In this document: positions 8,912 through 16,880 of the stretch, piece by piece | Position numbering within the stretch: the stretch's first letter is position 1 | Layout: each line of letters starts with the position of its first letter | From: an uncultured Deinococcales bacterium | GTDB taxonomy: Bacteria > Deinococcota > Deinococci > Deinococcales > JAAFIG01 | Direction: 5' to 3' | NCBI GenBank assembly: GCA_964244895.1 | Contig: CAXTKV010000071.1 | Span: forward strand, 1-17,566 | DNA: 17,566 nucleotides | Notes under the pieces: model-generated | What the model was told of the DNA's origin: nothing | Database searches by the model: none | What the model saw: the letters and a program-made list of their open reading frames with translations, nothing else | Program-made: the position numbers and the translations under genes

Positions 8912-9493
8912 TCACCACCACTCGAGCGGTCCGTCTGGAAAGCAAACGGGCGTCACTGATTCACCTTCGCTGAACGTCTCGAGCCGCGCGTAACGGGCTT
9001 CGGATGCGTTAGGGCGCGTGTACACCTCGAGTTGGTTCGCGCCGACGTTGTGAATCCAGACTTCGGGCACGCCAGCGGTCGCGTAGATCGGGAGTTTAAC
9101 CTCGCGGTCTTTCTCGAGGGTAGTATCTGACACCTCGATCAGCCAGAGCACGTCGATGGCGTGGTTCTTGCGGGTCTTGTACTGCGTTTTCGGTGGGCGC
9201 AGGATGGCGACATCAGGCTCGGGCTGGTAGTGCGCCAAATCCACATCGAGCGGCACTTGCGGCATGACCACGACGCGGCGGGCGTAACGCTCGAGGATGA
9301 TCTCGGTGTAGTTGGACACGGCGTATTTGTGCAGGTCGCTCTGCGGACTCAATTCGATCACCTGACCGTCGAGGAGTTCAACGCGAGCGTCCGTGGACAG
9401 CACGTCCGCGAAGTACAGCTTCTCGAATTCCTCGACGGTGAATTTTCGCGCGTTCAGGCGCGGTTTCAGCGTGGGTTCGAGCGTTTGCGTCAT
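8912..9493 (-). CDS. Uma2 family (DUF820, PD-(D/E)XK-like) endonuclease
   Basis: RKFTVEEF, RVELLDGQVIELSP...H, PEPD, LIEVSDTTLEKDREVKLPIYATAGVPEVWI are typical Uma2 motifs. Confidence 0.92.
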   Translation of the reverse strand: MTQTLEPTLKPRLNARKFTVEEFEKLYFADVLSTDARVELLDGQVIELSPQSDLHKYAVSNYTEIILERYARRVVVMPQVPLDVDLAHYQPEPDVAILRPPKTQYKTRKNHAIDVLWLIEVSDTTLEKDREVKLPIYATAGVPEVWIHNVGANQLEVYTRPNASEARYARLETFSEGESVTPVCFPDGPLEWW

Positions 9494-9536
9494 GGCTCGA
9501 GTATAGCCTCAGCGAGCTTCGTTTTGTTGTGATTCT

Positions 9537-9596
9537 TTTCAGGAACACCGTCCTACACGCATTCTCGAGTTCTCGCCCTGGACGGTGTTCCTGAAA
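9537..9596. repeat. REP-like palindrome between divergent uma2 and lysJ
   Basis: Perfect 17-bp arms TTTCAGGAACACCGTCC / GGACGGTGTTCCTGAAA, CTCGAG in the loop. Confidence 0.85.
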
Positions 9597-9705
9597 TATA
9601 AGTCTTGAGATTGGCTCTGTTCTCAAACCCAATCTTGGTGCTTCTCGAGGAACTGCGTTCTCGGGTAGACTGAAAGCCGCGCTAACGCGCTTGAGGAGGA
9701 TTCAC

Positions 9706-10956
9706 ATGACGTTGTCCAAGACCAGAACACAAGAGCACCTGGAACTCGAGAACCGTTACGACTCCGGCGTGTACTCCAAACACGGCATCGTGATCACTCG
9801 AGGCAAAGGCGCTCGCGTCTGGGACGAGGACGGCCTCGAGTACGTGGATTGCGTCGGTGGCTACGGCGTGGCGAACGTGGGCCACAGCAACCCGGCGGTC
9901 GTCAAGGCCGTGCAGGATCAGGCCGCGACCCTGATGTGCTTGCCGCAAACCCTGCCGAACGATCAACGCGCGGAGTTCCTGAAGGAACTCGTCAGCGTCA
10001 CGCCGGAGGGTTTGAACCGCGTGTTCCTGTGCAATTCGGGCACGGAGGCGATGGAGGCCGCGATCAAGTTCGCGCGCACCGCGACGGGCCGCGAGAAGTT
10101 CGTCTCGATGAAGCGCGGATTCTCGGGCCGCTCGTTGGGTGCGTTATCGCTGACCTACGAACCCAAGTACCGTGAGCCGTTCGGGAACCTGGTTCACGAC
10201 ACGACCTTCGCAACGTACAACGACATCGAATCCCTGGAAACCGCCGTGGACGACCAGACCGCCGCCGTGATCGTCGAGGCGATCCAGGGCGAGGGCGGCG
10301 TCCGTCCCGGCCAGGCCGCATTTTTGCGCGCCGCCAGGGAAATCACCACGCGTCACGGCGCGATGCTGGTGCTGGACGAGATCCAGACGGGTTTCTGCCG
10401 CACCGGGAAATTCTGGGGCCACCAGATCGCGTGCGACCCAGCCTGCTCGAGTGTGACAAGCTGTGCGGTCGGTGGTTGCGTCGTCAAGCCAGACATGATG
10501 ACGCTCGCCAAGGCGATGGCGGGCGGCGTGCCCATCGGGGCGCTCGTCATGACCCCGGAAGTCGCAAACGCCATGCCGAAAGGCGGGCACGGCACGACCT
10601 TCGGTGGGAATCCCCTGGCGATGGCTGCGGGCATCGCCGCGATCCGGTTCATGAAGCAAGAACGCCTGGCGGAACGCGCGGCGGAACTCGGCGCGTACTT
10701 CATGGCTGAACTCCGCAAGATTGATTCCAAGAAGATCAAGGAAGTGCGCGGCGCGGGATTGATGATCGGCATGGAACTCAAGGAAAAAAGTGCTGCGTAC
10801 ATCCACGCCCTCGAGCACGACCATCACATCCTGACCCTTCAGGCTGGCCCGACCGTGATCCGTTACCTGCCGCCGCTCGTGATCGAGAAATCCGACATCG
10901 ACCGCGTTGTGGTCGCCACCGCCCAAGTGCTCGAGCAGGTCAGCACCAAAGATTGA
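9706..10956 (+). CDS. lysJ: Class III aminotransferase, LysJ/ArgD ([LysW]-aminoadipate semialdehyde / acetylornithine transaminase)
   Basis: GAGGAGG RBS before ATG 9706. [46 protein letters not shown] and [12 protein letters not shown] match Deinococcus/Thermus-type LysJ. Confidence 0.85.
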   Translation: MTLSKTRTQEHLELENRYDSGVYSKHGIVITRGKGARVWDEDGLEYVDCVGGYGVANVGHSNPAVVKAVQDQAATLMCLPQTLPNDQRAEFLKELVSVTPEGLNRVFLCNSGTEAMEAAIKFARTATGREKFVSMKRGFSGRSLGALSLTYEPKYREPFGNLVHDTTFATYNDIESLETAVDDQTAAVIVEAIQGEGGVRPGQAAFLRAAREITTRHGAMLVLDEIQTGFCRTGKFWGHQIACDPACSSVTSCAVGGCVVKPDMMTLAKAMAGGVPIGALVMTPEVANAMPKGGHGTTFGGNPLAMAAGIAAIRFMKQERLAERAAELGAYFMAELRKIDSKKIKEVRGAGLMIGMELKEKSAAYIHALEHDHHILTLQAGPTVIRYLPPLVIEKSDIDRVVVATAQVLEQVSTKD

Positions 10957-11009
10957 TGCTCGAGCCCGTGGGTTTTCAGTCCTCCCCTGCAAAGTAGCAG
11001 GCAAAAGCG

Positions 11010-11061
11010 AAGAACGCCGTCCAGCACGCATTTTACGATTCGCGTGCTGGACGGTGTTCTT
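11010..11061. repeat. REP-like palindrome (lysJ-guaA spacer), near-consensus copy
   Basis: AAGAACGCCGTCCAGCACGC...GCGTGCTGGACGGTGTTCTT, 20-bp arms with one G:T pair. Confidence 0.88.
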
Positions 11062-11097
11062 TGACTGTTCGCTCGAGATGTACGGCTTTGCCAGCCC

Positions 11098-11126
11098 TTG
11101 AGACGCGACACGCGCGAGGTTAGACT
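11098..11126 (+). promoter_or_regulatory. Putative sigma70-type promoter of guaA
   Basis: TTGAGA (11098-11103), 17 bp spacer, TAGACT (11121-11126). A short leader follows with hairpin AGGCTG/CAGCCT and GGAG RBS. Confidence 0.5.
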
Positions 11127-11165
11127 CCGCTCGAAAGGCTGCTGGATCAGCCTCTGGAGTTCAGC

Positions 11166-12704
11166 ATGAGTCAGCACGCCAGCATCGTCATTCTCGATTT
11201 CGGATCGCAGTTCACGCGCCTGATCGCGCGGCGTTTCAGGGAGTTGAACGCGTTTTCGGTGATCCTGCCGGGTCACGCCAGCCTGGAGGAAGTCGAGGCG
11301 CAGAACCCGGTCGGAATCGTGCTTTCGGGCGGCCCCTCGAGCGTCTACGACGCGGACGCGCCCGTGCCCGCGCCGGGCGTGTTGGACTTGGGCGTTCCGG
11401 TGCTGGGCATCTGTTACGGCATGCAGTACCTGGCGCTGGCGGCGGGTGGCGGGGTGGAGCGCGTCGGGCGGCGAGAGTACGGGCGTGCGGCCTTGACCAA
11501 TTACTCGGGTGCGCTGTTCGAGGGCGTCGAGGGCGAGTTCGTGGCCTGGATGAGCCACTCGGATTCCGTCACGAAACTCCCGGATGGCTTCACCGTGATC
11601 GCCACGACCGACGACACGCCCGTGACGGGGATCGAGAGCGCTTCTCTGCGGCAGTACGGCATTCAGTTCCACCCGGAAGTCGTCCACACGCCCAAGGGAT
11701 CGCGCTTGCTCGAGAATTTCTTGTCCATCTGCGATGCGCCCAGGGACTGGGACGCGCAGCACATCGTGGATGAACTGATCGCGGATATCCGCCAGAAGGT
11801 CGGCCAGGATCGGGTGATGCTGGCCGTGTCGGGCGGCGTGGACAGCAGCACGCTGGCCTTGCTGCTCTCGAGGGCGCTCGGGTCGCAGGTGAGCGCCGTG
11901 TTCGTGGATCACGGCTTGTTGCGCCGCAATGAGCGCCAGGAAGTCGAAGCCGCCCTGCGCCCGCTCGGGGACGAGAACCTTCGCGTGGTGGACGCCTCGG
12001 AGCCGTTCTTCAAGGCGCTCTCCGGCGTGGCCGACCCCGAGCAGAAACGCAAGATCGTCGGGCGGGAATTCATCCGGGTCTTCGAGCGCGAGGCCAGGGC
12101 GCTGGCGGCCTCGGGCTACCGCTGGCTGGCGCAGGGCACGCTCTACCCGGACGTGATCGAATCGGCGGGCGGGACGGGCGCGGCCAACATCAAGTCTCAT
12201 CACAACGTTGGCGGCCTGCCGGATGACCTGCAATTCGAGCTGCTCGAGCCGTTCCGCACGCTCTTCAAGGACGAGGTGCGCGAGATCGCGGGCTTGTTGG
12301 GGTTGCCCGAACCGATCCGCACGCGCCACCCGTTCCCCGGCCCCGGATTGTCCATCCGCGTGCTGGGCGAGGTCACGCCCGAGAAAGTCGACATCCTGCA
12401 GCGCGTGGATGAAATCTTCATCTCCTTGTTGCGCGAACACGGCCTCTACGATCAGGTCGCGCAGGCGCTGGCCGTGCTGACGCCCGTGCAATCGGTCGGC
12501 GTGATGGGCGATTACCGCACGTATTCGTATCTGGTCGCGCTGCGGGCCGTGACATCGCAGGATTTCATGACGGCGGACTGGGCGCGCTTGCCGCACGAAT
12601 TCTTGGAAATCGTCAGCAACCGCATCGTCAACCTGGTGCCGGAAGTCAACCGGGTCGTGTTCGACATCACGTCCAAACCGCCCGCCACGATCGAGTGGGA
12701 ATAA
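11166..12704 (+). CDS. guaA: GMP synthase (glutamine-hydrolysing)
   Basis: [50 protein letters not shown] and the C-terminal [13 protein letters not shown]. Confidence 0.98.
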   Translation: MSQHASIVILDFGSQFTRLIARRFRELNAFSVILPGHASLEEVEAQNPVGIVLSGGPSSVYDADAPVPAPGVLDLGVPVLGICYGMQYLALAAGGGVERVGRREYGRAALTNYSGALFEGVEGEFVAWMSHSDSVTKLPDGFTVIATTDDTPVTGIESASLRQYGIQFHPEVVHTPKGSRLLENFLSICDAPRDWDAQHIVDELIADIRQKVGQDRVMLAVSGGVDSSTLALLLSRALGSQVSAVFVDHGLLRRNERQEVEAALRPLGDENLRVVDASEPFFKALSGVADPEQKRKIVGREFIRVFEREARALAASGYRWLAQGTLYPDVIESAGGTGAANIKSHHNVGGLPDDLQFELLEPFRTLFKDEVREIAGLLGLPEPIRTRHPFPGPGLSIRVLGEVTPEKVDILQRVDEIFISLLREHGLYDQVAQALAVLTPVQSVGVMGDYRTYSYLVALRAVTSQDFMTADWARLPHEFLEIVSNRIVNLVPEVNRVVFDITSKPPATIEWE

Positions 12705-12718
12705 GGCTCGAGGCACAG

Positions 12719-12844
12719 GAATACCGTCCAGCACGCGTTTTTATATCCGTGTGCTGGAGCGATCCTGCCCGCGAGGTGCATGTTCAGGATCAAGAAGCGC
12801 GAGTAGCCCGTCAGGTGCTCTTTCACGAGCAAGAACGGTGTTCT
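12719..12844. repeat. REP-like palindrome carrying two tandem 38/39-bp inserted units
   Basis: GAATACCGTCCAGCACGCG...GTGTGCTGG[12758-12795][12796-12834]ACGGTGTTCT. Confidence 0.8.
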
Positions 12845-12862
12845 CGAGAATCGCGCCGCGAT

Positions 12863-13261
12863 CTACAGCTCTTGTTGATCGTGCCAGTCGTAGGTGTAAG
12901 GCAGAAGCTCACGAATGCCGACTCGTTTGATGGCTCCTCCGTCCGGCACGAGCACCTGAATGGCGGGAAAGAAATCGAAAAGAATCTGACGGCAGCGCCC
13001 GCACGGAGCCAGCACGCCACGGTTTCTGCTGCCCACCGCGACGATCAGTTCGAGCGGCGCGCTGGAATGCATGGCTGCAACCGCCATCACCACGGGTTCG
13101 GCGCAGGGGCCACCCGTGAAATGGTAGAGGTTCAATCCCGTGTAGACGTTGCCGTGAGCGTCTCGGGCGGCAGCGGCGACGGTGTGCTCTTCGCGCTCGG
13201 GAAGAGATTCGATCAGCGATGTCGCCCGTTCGATCAGGCCTCGATCCGCGTCGGAGATCAT
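12863..13261 (-). CDS. Zn-dependent cytidine deaminase-fold protein, blasticidin-S deaminase-like
   Basis: YHFTGGPCAE, PCGRCRQ and GIRELLP motifs. ATG 13261 lies 6 nt after TACCCT. Confidence 0.88.
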   Translation of the reverse strand: MISDADRGLIERATSLIESLPEREEHTVAAAARDAHGNVYTGLNLYHFTGGPCAEPVVMAVAAMHSSAPLELIVAVGSRNRGVLAPCGRCRQILFDFFPAIQVLVPDGGAIKRVGIRELLPYTYDWHDQQEL

Positions 13262-13299
13262 GCGACCAGGGTACAACCCGTCTGGCTTCGGTTGCGCCG

Positions 13300-13746
13300 C
13301 TAAAAATCCATGTTCAGGATCAGCGTGCCGCGCGGGTCGATGTCGGACGTGTCCAGGCCGTGCATGGCGGAACGCGTCAACAACTGGCGCACCATCTCGC
13401 GCAGGGCTTCGGTCTCGAGAGGTTTGATCAGCGTCACGTCGGCTTGAGCCAGCGTGGCGTGATCGTTCAGGTGCTCGTCGTCGCGGCTGGCCAGGATCAT
13501 GACGGGCACGTGCTTGAGGCGCTTGATGCGTTTCGTGCGGTAGCAGACATCCAATCCGGTCGGTGCTTCCAGGTCGGCGCTGGCCACGATCAGGTCGGGC
13601 GTGTTGGTCTTGAGGTGGTTCAACGCATCCAACCCGTTCCCGAAGGAATCCACCCAGCAGCCCTCGTCGGTCAGCACGTCGTCGAGCTGACTGAGCGTGG
13701 CGCTGTCGGTCTCGAGAACCAGCACCTGAAAGTTGCGATCCGTCAT
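13300..13746 (-). CDS. Stand-alone receiver (REC) domain protein, atypical
   Basis: VLVLETD...NGLDAL....PDLIV...G.DVC...VPVMIL....AD..LIKP follows the CheY-like pattern, but the phospho-acceptor Asp is replaced. Confidence 0.8.
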   Translation of the reverse strand: MTDRNFQVLVLETDSATLSQLDDVLTDEGCWVDSFGNGLDALNHLKTNTPDLIVASADLEAPTGLDVCYRTKRIKRLKHVPVMILASRDDEHLNDHATLAQADVTLIKPLETEALREMVRQLLTRSAMHGLDTSDIDPRGTLILNMDF

Positions 13747-14039
13747 CGAATTGCCTTTCGCGTAAGCGTTTTCATGAGCGGCTCAACCGTAGCACGCGCC
13801 GCGCGAGATTCCTGGTCATTCACTGATCTCCGGTTTCGCCGCGAACGGGTTTTTATCGTCCGACTCGAGAAATGGATTGTCGAATACGCGATCAATCGCT
13901 GCTCGCGGCCCGCGTTCAGGCATTGCTCGTCTCGAGGTTCGGGGTCACCGCATCATCCCGAGATTCGCGCTTCCAGATCGGAACCTTCCTGAGCACCGGA
14001 AGGCTTTCGGGCTGAGGCTCGAGGCACTAAACTGAGGCC

Positions 14040-15431
14040 ATGATCCTCAAACACCGTTCGTTCGAGCGCGCACAGCCCGCGATCATCGGGGCGGGTGCGC
14101 TGGTCGTGATCGTGGCGCTGGTCAACTGGGGCGGCACGGCCCGTCCGGGGCCGTTGTTCGCGCTCGGTGTGGGCGTACTGCTGGGCTTGATGGCGGTTTT
14201 CGTGGGGTTGGGCTGGTGGTTGCTGGCCAGCCCGTTGCCCGCCTCTGCGCGCACGGTACCAATCCTGGGCGCTGGCCGACTGCGTTCGTTGGCCGCGGCG
14301 GTCGCGGCCTCGAGCGGCCTGCTGTTCGTCTCCGGCGGCCTGTGGGACGAGATCTGGCACCGGCGTTTCGGCGGGTTCGGCAACGATTTCTTGTGGCCGC
14401 CGCACGTGCTCTTGTACGGCAGCATCGCGCTGATCGCGGCGCTGGCGGCGGGTGCGCTCCTGGTGATCGGCTTGCGCGGTTCCGGCGGCCTGCGCCAGCG
14501 CGTGCGGGCCGAACCGTTGCTGGGGTTGATCGCGCTGGTCAGCGCGTACCTGATTTTCAGCTTGCCTTCCGATGAACTCTGGCACCGGATTTACGGGCGC
14601 GACCTGACCGCCTGGAGTCTGCCCCACATCATCCTGGTGACGGGCATCGCGGCGGTCATGCTTTCCAGCGTGCCGCTCGCGCTCTCGGGCGTGCCGCGAG
14701 GCGCTGGGCGCTTCCTCGAGCGACTGCGCGCCGGTGAAGTCGTGGCGTTGGTGCTGGTCGCGTGGGCGCTGACGGTGCTGCTCCAGATCGGCACGGCGGA
14801 ATGGGAGGGCGTGCGCGCCGTCCAGTCCGGTTCCGGCGATGCCTTCCGCGACGCCTTCTGGCAGCGCCCGGAGTGGCTGTACCCGGTCGTGATCGTGGCG
14901 GTTGCGCTCTTCTGCGGTCGGCTGGTGCGGGCCGCCACCGGACGCATCGGTGCGGCCAGCGCGGTCGGACTGCTGGTGCTGGGCTTCCGCGTCGGCATGA
15001 TGGCCGCCACCGGCGCTGGCACGGTCGGGTTGGGGTTCGTGCCGCACCTGCTGATTCTGCCCGCACTGTTCGGGCTGGATGCGGCTTCCTGGGCGTTTGG
15101 TTCTCGAGATCGTTCGGGGTTGATCGCCAATATCGCGGCGGTGGTGGCTTTCTTGGTGGTCGCGCTGATCGCCCTGCCCGCGCTGGTGGTGTACCCGCGC
15201 GTGAATGCGGGCACCCTGCCCGGCATGACCCTGATGGGCCTTCTGATGGGCGTCCTGGCGGGCGCGGCTGGCTCGAGCCTGGGCGCGACGCTGGCGCGGT
15301 TGAGCGCCAACCCGGACCCGACCGAACCCCGCGCGGTGCGCCGGGACGGGTTGACCGCGCTGGCGGGCTTGTGCGCGGCGGTGCTGATCGTGATCGTGTC
15401 CGTCGCGGTCGCCTCGCCGCCGACGGGCTGA
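14040..15431 (+). CDS. Polytopic membrane protein with duplicated DxxWH...PH motif
   Basis: 463 aa with roughly 12-13 hydrophobic segments and GC-rich third positions. TAAACT lies 6 nt before the ATG. Confidence 0.82.
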   Translation: MILKHRSFERAQPAIIGAGALVVIVALVNWGGTARPGPLFALGVGVLLGLMAVFVGLGWWLLASPLPASARTVPILGAGRLRSLAAAVAASSGLLFVSGGLWDEIWHRRFGGFGNDFLWPPHVLLYGSIALIAALAAGALLVIGLRGSGGLRQRVRAEPLLGLIALVSAYLIFSLPSDELWHRIYGRDLTAWSLPHIILVTGIAAVMLSSVPLALSGVPRGAGRFLERLRAGEVVALVLVAWALTVLLQIGTAEWEGVRAVQSGSGDAFRDAFWQRPEWLYPVVIVAVALFCGRLVRAATGRIGAASAVGLLVLGFRVGMMAATGAGTVGLGFVPHLLILPALFGLDAASWAFGSRDRSGLIANIAAVVAFLVVALIALPALVVYPRVNAGTLPGMTLMGLLMGVLAGAAGSSLGATLARLSANPDPTEPRAVRRDGLTALAGLCAAVLIVIVSVAVASPPTG

Positions 15432-15486
15432 AGCTCGAGCCTCGAGATATGAGAGCAACAGTCAATCTCGAGGACGTGTTGACGCG

Positions 15487-15511
15487 AGGGCAACCTTTAT
15501 GGTTGCCCTAC
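15487..15511 (-). repeat. GTAG-type REP-like hairpin
   Basis: Minus strand reads GTAGGGCAACC-ATAAA-GGTTGCCCT: GTAG at the foot of a perfect 9-bp stem. Single copy in this window. Confidence 0.55.
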
Positions 15512-15598
15512 AGGACAGGGTGTTGTCAGGGTAAGGTTTGTCCCCACCCTTCCCTCGGGCGTGTTTGATCACTTTCGCAGGAGGTCTATTTCAAGAAA

Positions 15599-15640
15599 CA
15601 CCGTCCAGAACGCAGATTTTGGAATGCGTGCTGGACGGTG
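15599..15640. repeat. REP-like palindrome (after dinB stop)
   Basis: CACCGTCCAGAACGCA...TGCGTGCTGGACGGTG. Confidence 0.85.
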
Positions 15641-15641
15641 C

Positions 15642-16127
15642 TCACCACGTTTCCTCGTACCCGGCGGGAGGCCACGCGCCCAGCAAACGGCGCAACAACA
15701 CGATCTGCCCCAGGTGATACGCGTTGTGCAACGCGAAATCCATCAGCACGAACGCCACGTCGTGATCCCGGCTCAGGTACTGATGCCCCAGCAGAGCGGC
15801 GTCATCGGTCAGGGTTTTGAGTTCCTCGAGTCCCGACAAGAAATCTTGTCGCACACTTTCCCAGTCCTCGAGCGGGACGCTGCGGAATTCGTCCCCGCCG
15901 ATCACGCTGCGCGCTCTGGTCTCTGAACGGATGTCCGCCAGCACCTGCCGCTGCCACCATGCCATGTGCCCGACGTGATCCGCGATCGTGTGCGCCGCGC
16001 CCTCCACGAACGTTACCGCCACACTCGGCTCGAGGCGCGAGAGAACCCGATCCGCGCGAATAAACGCGTGACCGGACTCGAGAAACGACCGCGCAGACGC
16101 GCCCGACGCACCGCGTTTGAGTTCCAT
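15642..16127 (-). CDS. DinB/YfiT-like family protein
   Basis: HTIADHVGHMAWWQ and HNAYHLGQIVLLRRLLGAWPP give the DinB His triad. The real start is probably ATG 16127 (TATGCT 6 nt upstream), not 16910. Confidence 0.88.
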   Translation of the reverse strand: MELKRGASGASARSFLESGHAFIRADRVLSRLEPSVAVTFVEGAAHTIADHVGHMAWWQRQVLADIRSETRARSVIGGDEFRSVPLEDWESVRQDFLSGLEELKTLTDDAALLGHQYLSRDHDVAFVLMDFALHNAYHLGQIVLLRRLLGAWPPAGYEETW

Positions 16128-16334
16128 GCGCCCAGCATACAAAAGGATGTTCGGCCCACGAAAAAACCTCCGACGCCAACGCCAGAGGCTCACCAAAAGC
16201 CATTGTAAACCCACCAACGTCAACCCGAGGTGATATTCGATGTCGCGCGTCTCACACGACGCGAGTAGATTGATCCCATCCAAGGCTGACACCCAGCACG
16301 CAAATCCACCCGGCCTTGGGAAGAAGGGGGCCGC

Positions 16335-16874
16335 ATGAACGTCTACAAGCTGGTCGGGCGCAACGTCGAGGTCACAGATGCCCTGCGCGGGTACGTCCAG
16401 ACGAAACTGACCCGACTCGAGCGGTTTTCCAGCCACGTCGTGGACGCCAAAGTGGTGCTGTCCATCAAAGCGGACGGCAAGTTTGAACGCCGCCAACGCG
16501 TCGAGATGCAACTCAACGTTCCCAACGGCATCATCCGCGCCGAAGAAGCCAGCGCTGACATGTACCAGGCCATAGACGCCGCCACCGAAGTCCTCGAGCG
16601 CCAACTGGTCAAATTCAAAGACAAGTTCGTGACCCGCGCCCACCGTGGCGAATTGCCGTTGCCCGAAACCTTGATCGAGGACGAAGAAGATTTCCAGCCC
16701 GAGATCGTGCGCAACAAACGCTTCGAGCTTCGGCCCATGAACCCCGAAGATGCCGCCGCGCAGATGGAAGCGCTCAGCCACGATTTTTTCGTGTTCACCA
16801 ACGCGTCCACGAATATCGTCAACGTGATTTACAAGCGCCGCGACGGGCATTACGGGCTGATCGAACCGCATTGA
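16335..16874 (+). CDS. hpf: Ribosome hibernation promoting factor, long form (HPF/RaiA plus S30AE C-terminal domain)
   Basis: GRNVEVTDALRGYV..KL.RL, DMYQAID...LERQL.KFK, and C-domain PMNPEDAAAQMEALSHDFFVF...VIYKRRDGHYGLIEP. Confidence 0.95.
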   Translation: MNVYKLVGRNVEVTDALRGYVQTKLTRLERFSSHVVDAKVVLSIKADGKFERRQRVEMQLNVPNGIIRAEEASADMYQAIDAATEVLERQLVKFKDKFVTRAHRGELPLPETLIEDEEDFQPEIVRNKRFELRPMNPEDAAAQMEALSHDFFVFTNASTNIVNVIYKRRDGHYGLIEPH

Positions 16875-16880
16875 GTTTAC

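Noticed and set aside
11061..11165. Purine riboswitch upstream of guaA
   Set aside because: No purine aptamer consensus is present. The predicted leader is only about 35 nt with one small hairpin.
10863..12734. 623-aa ORF antisense to guaA, and similar long ORFs (230-1753, 4059-5348, 13953-15458)
   Set aside because: These are shadow or alternative-frame ORFs of GC-rich genes, with Arg/Pro/Ala-rich low-information sequence and no family motifs.
12806..12820. SRP RNA-like CCCGTCAGGT
   Set aside because: It lacks the following CCGGAAGGAAGCAGC and is explained as part of unit U1.
12863..13261. Cloning-vector bsd contamination
   Set aside because: The protein clearly diverges from BSD, has host-like GC and a native-type -10 start, and no vector sequence flanks it.
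13310..13323. 14-bp identity CATGTTCAGGATCA between the end of the receiver gene and unit U2 (12779-12792)
   Set aside because: About one such match is expected by chance in 17.5 kb, and the similarity does not extend.
13776..14027. ncRNA in the divergent spacer before the membrane protein
   Set aside because: Only short stems (CCTTCC/GGAAGG, GATTG/CAATC) are present and I recognise no family. An Rfam scan would be needed to exclude one.
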